Below, piece after piece: positions 57,345 through 64,000 of a stretch of DNA of 64,000 nucleotides (its first letter is position 1; every line of letters starts with the position of its first letter). Source of the DNA: a virus; IMG/VR virus record IMGVR_UViG_3300027917_000033, positions 1-64,000 of that record. One strand, 5' to 3'. Both the position numbers and the translations under genes were made by a program. The notes under the pieces were generated by a model. The model saw nothing but the letters and a program-made list of their open reading frames with translations, was not told the origin of the DNA and did no database searches.

Positions 57345-58976
57345 TTACATTTGAGGAGAATCTGGCCCCATTCCGAGAGCAAGCATTTGGATTTTAATCA
57401 TTGATTCGTATCTCTTAACTTGATTGGCGCTGATTCCTAAATAGTCAGCAATATCAGCCTTTTTGGGGTTGCTGCCATAGGTCTTCTTGAAGTCGGCTGG
57501 CGGGTCCACTTTGATGGCAATATATTTTATGGCCAGATCTGGCAGTTTTTCAAGTAGTGTACGCATAGCATCCCTACTAAGTAAGGAGTTAAAACTTGCG
57601 GACAACATATCCTTGTCTGCTATTTGCGACTCTAGCACATCCCTAACAGTCTTATCGCTATCATTGCTGTGTGGCTCATCAAACGATCTCGTCTGGTTGA
57701 ACCTCGTTTCGACAATCTTTCTTGATATTATTGGCTGATCGCCGTTTGGATATACGTAGATTCCTTCATTTTCTACGGCTTTGACACTAACGTTATAACC
57801 AAGAAACTCGCGTTTGATTTCTGCAATTTTGATTGTCATTGCCCGGGGGAGCAAATTGGTTTCAGTTTTGATCAAATTGTTATCGATTTCAAATTTGATC
57901 GAATCTTTGGAGTTTTGTAGCATTGAGGCGATGAGCTGCAAAGCCACATCCTGGGCTTCACCCTTAACCACTCTCGTTATTTTAGTCATTGGTCTCTTAT
58001 TCTCCTTTAGTATCTGGCCAAAGAATTCCCACCCGAAAGTCTTCATCAACTTGAACATCTGTTTATCGTCAAAGATGACCGACAGGTTGGGCGTCTTGGC
58101 CCTGATGATCAGATGGATCGGACTAAGGCCTTGGATGACGATATAGTGCGGCTTACCTTGTGACACAGTGAACTTGTCTTTTAATTTGTCATAAGCCAGC
58201 TGCATCATTTTGAGATCTGAGCCGATTATTGCTGGTCTAGAACCATAACCAAGTTTGATCCCAGATGGGAAGGCTTGTGTTATGGTTACTTTTTTGCCTA
58301 AATCTGGTCCGGATACAATTTCGACAACATCGCCTGGCCTAATTGGTGTTTTGTCAAACGTCCCGAACGGACCACTAAAAATTTGTCTGTGGCTGTTCCA
58401 CCATGGCGTCATCGGCCCCAATATTGTGCGACCATCCCTGCTTATGGTAAACTTGGTCTGATCGTTTGGGTTACATAACAAACCACGATCACTAATAGAG
58501 ACTGTTTTGGTGCTGTCCGGTGTACAAATATGAATTGTGTGCTCTGGCGGGATTGGCAAATTTTCGTTAATCAATATCGAGACGTTACCAATCTCGATGA
58601 TGTTGTTATCATAAATGATCCCCTTTTTCCTGGATTTTTTGCCATTGACTAAGCATTCACCATATGCACGGTATTCTAGTGGGGTATGGTATGTTACTGA
58701 GAGGACTGCTCTCCATGCAGCGATCCAGAATTCAGTTTCTGCGGCATCTGAAAGATCTCGGTATTCACCCTTTATTGTTCTGGCTAGCTGCTTTTTGAAT
58801 TCGCTTTTGTGCGGGGCCATTTCCGGGTCATCGATCAGTCTTTTGGTAATTTGATCGATGTTTATGCTTTGGTCCCGGTTGAGGTTCTTGGAGGTGAAGT
58901 TGACGAGACTTCCCCTTACGCAAAGACGGGCTACTTGCATCTTCTGCTCCTTCTTTTTTTCTTCCCGAAATGTCAA
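57345..58976 (-). CDS. Divergent sigma70-like factor with large insertion
   Basis: Region 2-like EFWIAAWRAV; region 3.2-like SFDEP...TVRDVL; region 4 HTH DIADYLGISANQVKRY. Confidence 0.55.
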   Translation of the reverse strand: MTFREEKKKEQKMQVARLCVRGSLVNFTSKNLNRDQSINIDQITKRLIDDPEMAPHKSEFKKQLARTIKGEYRDLSDAAETEFWIAAWRAVLSVTYHTPLEYRAYGECLVNGKKSRKKGIIYDNNIIEIGNVSILINENLPIPPEHTIHICTPDSTKTVSISDRGLLCNPNDQTKFTISRDGRTILGPMTPWWNSHRQIFSGPFGTFDKTPIRPGDVVEIVSGPDLGKKVTITQAFPSGIKLGYGSRPAIIGSDLKMMQLAYDKLKDKFTVSQGKPHYIVIQGLSPIHLIIRAKTPNLSVIFDDKQMFKLMKTFGWEFFGQILKENKRPMTKITRVVKGEAQDVALQLIASMLQNSKDSIKFEIDNNLIKTETNLLPRAMTIKIAEIKREFLGYNVSVKAVENEGIYVYPNGDQPIISRKIVETRFNQTRSFDEPHSNDSDKTVRDVLESQIADKDMLSASFNSLLSRDAMRTLLEKLPDLAIKYIAIKVDPPADFKKTYGSNPKKADIADYLGISANQVKRYESMIKIQMLALGMGPDSPQM

Positions 58977-59032
58977 AATATTTGGCCATTTATCTGGAGT
59001 GTATTTTACGCAATAACCTTAAGGAGACAAAA

Positions 59033-59461
59033 ATGTACGTGATATCAGAAGAACTGGAATTTGATTGGACACAATGGCAGCAAGATGGTAATCTCTATGC
59101 CTGGGAGAGGTTGCAAGAACAAATTTACAAGATGTGCATGGGTATCGCAATTAAATTTCGCCCCATAAATGAAGAAGAGCACCGAGAACTGGCACACGAA
59201 TCATTTGTGCTTACTATGGCCAAAATAAGGGATGGACGGCTTACTTTCGACGACAGGGCTCCAGTGTTTAATCTGCTGACAACTACAATTTTCAGGCACC
59301 TGTACAGCCTAAAGAACAAAGACAGCAGGCGGCGTAACGCGATGAATAAATACGCTAAGAAAATCTTGAATAAGTCTCAAACCAAAGAACAATTATCAAC
59401 CTCGCAATTAAATCACATTTGGGACTCTCTGTCAAGTATTGGCGTTACATCGCAAAAATAA
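59033..59461 (+). CDS. gp55-like late sigma factor
   Basis: aaggag RBS; IYKMCMGIA...ELAHES...PVFNLLTTTI resembles gp55 region 2. Confidence 0.55.
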   Translation: MYVISEELEFDWTQWQQDGNLYAWERLQEQIYKMCMGIAIKFRPINEEEHRELAHESFVLTMAKIRDGRLTFDDRAPVFNLLTTTIFRHLYSLKNKDSRRRNAMNKYAKKILNKSQTKEQLSTSQLNHIWDSLSSIGVTSQK

Positions 59462-59465
59462 TTAT

Positions 59466-60458
59466 ATGAAACTGAAACCAAATTTACGCCCAAGACCTAA
59501 TCTACTCAAGACCCCGAAGATACCGGCATCTATATCCGTACAACCTAAGAACGCGGTTAAAATACCTACGATTCATTCGAAGCCAATATCTGTTGTTAGA
59601 GCTGTTACAAGAAATAGGCCAAAACCGGTGGCTAGGCCAAAACCAAGTGGCGTCCAAACAGTTTCGAAGAAAGCTTATGTTGTCAGGAAGCGGTCACTAA
59701 CTAATGTCCGCCCCAGCCATCTGAGGAAAGCACACGATGCTCTTCTTGGGAAGCATACCGACAAGATAAGAGAATTGATCGGCTCCGGACATGGTAGAAT
59801 ATTAATTATTATTGCGTGTGGGCCGTCCGTAAATCAAGCAGATTTCGAAAAGCTGAAAGAGCATTCAAAAATTGACTTTTTATGTGTGAACAAGCCAGAC
59901 ATGAGGGTTTGGCCATCTAAATATTGGGTATTCTGTGACCAGTCCCAATACAATAGGAACCAAGAATATTGGCCAGGGTATAAAGGCACCATTATCAATG
60001 CATCGTCGGTAAGGGCAAACCACCCAAAGCAGATCCTAATAAGAACATTGGCTGGTAAAGGATTTTCTAGAGATATGACTAAGGGGTTTCACATAGGTAG
60101 ATCTACTACATATGCGTCAATGCAAGTGGCACTGTATATGGGATACAACAAAATCTACATTTATGGTTGTGACATGAGTGCTGTTGATGGCCAAATGCAT
60201 AGGTATGGGCAAAACCCTGACGTTTCAAACGAAAATAGGCTGAAGAGATTCGATAAAGAAGCTGAAAATTATGATTGGGCTCTTCGCGGCATGAAGCAGC
60301 ATGAAATAGACAAGTTCTTTTTTTGCTCATCACATAATCCTTATGGTTTTGCCGATATGTTTGGTAGGCTTGACCAAATAGATGCGCATATAACTATTTT
60401 GCGAGAAGCCAATGAATTAATGACCAAGAAAGAAGAATCTGAGCTAGCAAAAATATAA
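59466..60458 (+). CDS. Maf/MptE/sialyltransferase-like Rossmann protein with basic N-terminus
   Basis: IIIACGPSV, CVN, STTYASMQVALYMGYNKIYIYGCD. Confidence 0.7.
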   Translation: MKLKPNLRPRPNLLKTPKIPASISVQPKNAVKIPTIHSKPISVVRAVTRNRPKPVARPKPSGVQTVSKKAYVVRKRSLTNVRPSHLRKAHDALLGKHTDKIRELIGSGHGRILIIIACGPSVNQADFEKLKEHSKIDFLCVNKPDMRVWPSKYWVFCDQSQYNRNQEYWPGYKGTIINASSVRANHPKQILIRTLAGKGFSRDMTKGFHIGRSTTYASMQVALYMGYNKIYIYGCDMSAVDGQMHRYGQNPDVSNENRLKRFDKEAENYDWALRGMKQHEIDKFFFCSSHNPYGFADMFGRLDQIDAHITILREANELMTKKEESELAKI

Positions 60459-60480
60459 TGGATTTTTAAGGGAACGCATT

Positions 60481-60993
60481 ATGGCCAAAAAGGGTGCGCC
60501 AATGGGCAAGGGAAATGTTGGTAAAACTTCTTCAAAGACTTCGGCCAAGGGTGCCCACGGAGGCGGCATTAAATTTGGCCAGGTTGTGCTTGGCAGTGGA
60601 TTCAAGACTATTAACAAGGGAATCAATAAAGCAAAATCTGCAGCAAAGCTACCAAAACCAAAGAATAACATTTCTGAAAGCACAAGCCCGCTAACTAGGC
60701 CTCCAGTGTCGCTTGGGAATGGATTTGGAACAAATCCGTATCTTAGAGCTGAGGCCAAAGCCGTCAGCAAGAAATGGGGGCAGTCTGCGTTAAAGAAAGC
60801 TGCCAAGCCGCCCTCGAAAGGTGGTACCAAAGGCTCTCTGCGCCGCATGATGGGCAAGGGTGAAGGTGAGAAAATAACTAGATCTGAACTTAAGGCGGTG
60901 ATTGATAACCCAAGAAGTTCTGCCAAAAAGAAGCAAAAAGCATTAGCAATATATAATCTTGGTGGTGGGGCGAAGGGCAAAAATGGGAAATAA
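60481..60993 (+). CDS. Lys/Gly-rich basic protein (possible DNA-condensing core protein)
   Basis: Very K/G/A/S-rich; caaaaatataa upstream. Confidence 0.65.
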   Translation: MAKKGAPMGKGNVGKTSSKTSAKGAHGGGIKFGQVVLGSGFKTINKGINKAKSAAKLPKPKNNISESTSPLTRPPVSLGNGFGTNPYLRAEAKAVSKKWGQSALKKAAKPPSKGGTKGSLRRMMGKGEGEKITRSELKAVIDNPRSSAKKKQKALAIYNLGGGAKGKNGK

Positions 60994-61027
60994 ACATTAT
61001 TTGCCTGTTCATGCGTAGTCGTATTTA

Positions 61028-61651
61028 ATGTGCATGAACCTATTAAAAAACACCAGTTGCTATTTGGCAGGCCCGGTTGAGCACGACAAGAAAGCCACAT
61101 CTTGGAGACAGGATGTGGCTTCTTTCTTATCGGCCAGAAGCGTCAGATCGTACGACCCGCTAATTAAACCACCATGGTTGGACGACATATGCCATGTTGA
61201 TCCGTCTTTATATAAAAAAGCACTAGACGGCGAAACGCAGGTAGACGAAATAAACGGCAAAACGATCGAAATAAAGCCGAGCGACGTTATCGAAGCAAAT
61301 CATATGATGCGTGTTGCTTGCATGCGTATCGTACACGCGGTTGATTGGGTGATCTGTTATTTGCCCATCAAATTCACTGTTGGAACGTTCGAAGAAATAT
61401 TCGAAGCAATCCGAGTCGGCAAACCTGTGTTCTTCTGCTGTCCTAATGGCATACCGTCAACATGGATCTTGTCTGCTGTTGCACGGAATATGAACGAACG
61501 AGAGCGCTATTTCTTTGAAGATTGGGATTCACTAAAAGAGCATATTGTTAGCATAGATATGGGTCTTGTAAAGTTGGACCCAGTTAAGTGGATGTTTTTG
61601 GCGTGGCTCGACTGGGACAAGTACCCGATAGAAACACCGGCATGGAGGTGA
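61028..61651 (+). CDS. Nucleoside 2-deoxyribosyltransferase / dNMP N-glycosidase-like protein
   Basis: YLAGP, WR, YDP, GTFEE (catalytic Glu motif GTxxE), KPV. Confidence 0.78.
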   Translation: MCMNLLKNTSCYLAGPVEHDKKATSWRQDVASFLSARSVRSYDPLIKPPWLDDICHVDPSLYKKALDGETQVDEINGKTIEIKPSDVIEANHMMRVACMRIVHAVDWVICYLPIKFTVGTFEEIFEAIRVGKPVFFCCPNGIPSTWILSAVARNMNERERYFFEDWDSLKEHIVSIDMGLVKLDPVKWMFLAWLDWDKYPIETPAWR

Positions 61652-61654
61652 AAA

Positions 61655-62323
61655 ATGTATAATATAACCGGGAAAATGGAAATCAACATGATCACTCCGG
61701 AGATTGATCCCGCCGCAACATCGAACTTTGCCATGAAATATAGATGCCCGGCAATTGTAATGAAGCCAGAATTTGTTCCGGCCATGATTGTTGATAGGTC
61801 AGCGAAGAGCGGGCAGTATAAAATTATTTCCGCAATCGATTTCCCAAACGGTAAGAATTTTGCCCTAGATAAGCTCAAGAACATTGATCCGATGGGGTTG
61901 GAAGTTGATGGTATGGATATCCTACTGTCGCAGAGGGCCGAAATAGATGTGATGAATGAGCTGAAGACTCTGAAAGAGTTGATCAGGCAGACGATAAACC
62001 CGGCCATGAGCATCAGGGTTGTTCTTAGATGTCATAGTTCTGAATGGAGTAACGTTAAGAACTGTTTTGAAGCAATCAAGAAGCACGCCCCCGATATGAT
62101 TCGTGTAGACCCACATCTTGAATTGCCTAAAGTCGGTTTGGAAGAACATATTGAGTGTTATAGGAAACTGCGCGAAGTGATTGCCAAGCCAGTTAAAATC
62201 TCTGGTAATGTTGATCTAAAGACCATCGAAGAGATTAGTAAAATAGATAAGAATGCCAGATTCGACGTCAATCCGAAGCAGGCATATAATATCGTGAACG
62301 AATTAAACAAAAGAGAGGAATAA
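61655..62323 (+). CDS. DeoC-like TIM barrel, catalytic Lys apparently replaced
   Basis: AIDFPNG, DGMDI, IRVVL, DMIRV (cf. DFVKTS), VKISG. Confidence 0.65.
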   Translation: MYNITGKMEINMITPEIDPAATSNFAMKYRCPAIVMKPEFVPAMIVDRSAKSGQYKIISAIDFPNGKNFALDKLKNIDPMGLEVDGMDILLSQRAEIDVMNELKTLKELIRQTINPAMSIRVVLRCHSSEWSNVKNCFEAIKKHAPDMIRVDPHLELPKVGLEEHIECYRKLREVIAKPVKISGNVDLKTIEEISKIDKNARFDVNPKQAYNIVNELNKREE

Positions 62324-63580
62324 ATGTTTAATACTAACGACATCTTCCATCCAGGCAAATTGACTATCTGCATGGATGCCAGTGCAGGGAGTTCTGGCAA
62401 GGGAAAAGTAGCATCATTCATCTGCGAACACGCAGACAATTGGCAATTTTGTTGCAACACGTTCTCGGCTCAGGCTGGACATTGGGTGAAATTCGAAGAT
62501 AAAACATACTTTTATCAGACCTTCAATAGCTGTGCATATTCTGATAAGTATGAAAAGATGTACATAGGGCCCGGCGCTTCTATGGAATACGAGGCCTTTT
62601 TCAACGAGATGGAAGAGAACAATATTGCGCCGGAAAGAATAGGCATCCACCCGCTATGCGCAATCATTCAAGGCAAAGACGCCGCTTTTGAACGCGGAGA
62701 AGTGGATCTGGATGGAAATCCGGCCAAACACACGGGAACTATGGAGAAAGGTTCTACTTGCCACGGGGTGGGAGTCTGTCGTGCCAGGCGCGTCCTGCGC
62801 AGATCAGATGTCTTGTTGGCCAAAGACGTGCCAGAATTGCAAAGGTTTGTATGCGATACGACCGAGGAGATCACAGGCCGTTTGGAAGCTGGTCAGGCTG
62901 GGCTCCTTGAGATAGCACAAGGATTCCAGTTAAGTCTAATGTTGGAGAAAATGTACCCGTTTACAACAAGTAGGAATGTTACCGTTGCCGCTGGCTTCGA
63001 TGATATGATGCTGCCAATAAAGTACGCTGGTGATATCGTCATGAATTGCCGCACATATCCGATTAGGATTAACAGCAACAAATACCTTGACCCAGATGAC
63101 GGCCACCATCTGGTATGGGATGAAATAGAGCAATATAAGAAAGAGGGCAGGGAGATTACGATATACAAAGGCGATTCAGGACCTGGATACAGTGACCAAA
63201 AGGAAATCAGTTGGGATCATCTGACCGAAATCAGCGGGTCGCCAGAACCCATAATGGAAATGACATCCGTAACCAAGCTTCCTAGGAGGGTGTTCACATT
63301 CAGCCAAGAAAATATCAAGCAAGCGATCAAGTACAATGACACTGGTTGCACGATTTATTTGTCGGTGAATTTTGCTAACTATGTCGATCATGAAATTACA
63401 GGCAAACGTGGCGTGGTGGAACAGCCAGCGCTAATTGGTGATAATCTTACTAGCAAATTTAAGGTATGGATACAGCGTAACATATTACCGCTGCTGGGCG
63501 ATAATGTCAAGTTGCGGTTTGTTGGCACCGGACCCCTTACTGATGACATGATTGTGGTTGGCGAAACATGGCCGGAATGA
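62324..63580 (+). CDS. purZ: Adenylosuccinate-synthetase family protein with PurZ signatures
   Basis: GSSGKG, AGH, QGF, YPFTTSR, RTYPIR, TSVTKLPRRVF, NFAN, GTGP. Confidence 0.82.
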   Translation: MFNTNDIFHPGKLTICMDASAGSSGKGKVASFICEHADNWQFCCNTFSAQAGHWVKFEDKTYFYQTFNSCAYSDKYEKMYIGPGASMEYEAFFNEMEENNIAPERIGIHPLCAIIQGKDAAFERGEVDLDGNPAKHTGTMEKGSTCHGVGVCRARRVLRRSDVLLAKDVPELQRFVCDTTEEITGRLEAGQAGLLEIAQGFQLSLMLEKMYPFTTSRNVTVAAGFDDMMLPIKYAGDIVMNCRTYPIRINSNKYLDPDDGHHLVWDEIEQYKKEGREITIYKGDSGPGYSDQKEISWDHLTEISGSPEPIMEMTSVTKLPRRVFTFSQENIKQAIKYNDTGCTIYLSVNFANYVDHEITGKRGVVEQPALIGDNLTSKFKVWIQRNILPLLGDNVKLRFVGTGPLTDDMIVVGETWPE

Positions 63581-64000
63581 AGAAAATTGTGATCACTGGC
63601 GGTGCGGGCTACATCGGGTCGCTTCTCACTGGCAAGTTTATAGACAGTGGGTATGAAGTCGCGGTCATTGATAAGTTATTGTTCGGTGGCGATCATATGC
63701 TGTGCTATAATCGTGACCAATTTTCTTTGCACCCATATGATATAATGGATATGCCAGATGGTCTGCTTAGCTCGATATGCAGTGGTGCCGATGCAGTTGT
63801 ACATTTGGCAGCATTGGTTGGCTTCCCGGCCTGTCAGCAAGTAGGCCCTTCCGTGTCTAAACGTTACAATGTTGATACCACAAAGAAAATGTTTGATATT
63901 GCGAATGCCGAAGGAGTGGAGAGATTCGTTTTTGCATCTACATACAGCAATTATGGTAAATCATCAGATGGTAAGCCTGTAACTGAGGAATCGCCTCTAA
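63577..64000 (+). CDS. NAD-dependent epimerase/dehydratase (truncated by window end)
   Basis: MKKIVITGGAGYIGS, VVHLAALVG, FASTYSNYG; ATGA-coupled to purZ. Confidence 0.9.
   Translation, partial: MKKIVITGGAGYIGSLLTGKFIDSGYEVAVIDKLLFGGDHMLCYNRDQFSLHPYDIMDMPDGLLSSICSGADAVVHLAALVGFPACQQVGPSVSKRYNVDTTKKMFDIANAEGVERFVFASTYSNYGKSSDGKPVTEESPL

Noticed and set aside
60444-61100. 218-aa minus-strand ORF and many other antisense ORFs in the track
   Set aside because: Shadows of well-supported genes on the opposite strand
62324-63580. Ordinary PurA auxiliary metabolic gene
   Set aside because: Lacks GDEGKG and TKLD; four diagnostic positions are PurZ-like

Overview
Gene-dense segment of a large (probably jumbo-type) lytic bacteriophage genome; standard code, many ATGA overlaps, no host housekeeping context. 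Three blocks: (i) 0.45-9.4 kb, a + strand tandem array of 20 genes (23 domains) from one uncharacterised ~100-aa family ending in a [DNS]-[ILM]-x-[DE]-P-x-S-[FL]-x-K helix motif; (ii) 9.4-44 kb, mostly - strand replication/recombination genes (ClpP, two ParB-like, glycosyltransferases, resolvase, 5'-3' exonuclease, gp32-like SSB, UvsY-like, minimal PolA, DnaB, RecA, UDG, DnaE split over two genes, YadA-repeat fibre, sulfotransferase) followed by a structured non-coding region; (iii) 44.4-64 kb, unrelated proteins sharing a MNPxDIAxLITEDPD peptide, SbcD/SbcC, two divergent sigma-like genes, and an operon of nucleoside deoxyribosyltransferase-like, DeoC-like, PurZ-signature synthetase and NAD-dependent epimerase. 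Best candidates for novelty: a peptide-tagged (probably capsid-loaded, protease-matured) effector repertoire, and a PurZ (2-aminoadenine) locus with non-canonical partner genes. All calls are from motif reading by eye; no searches were run.
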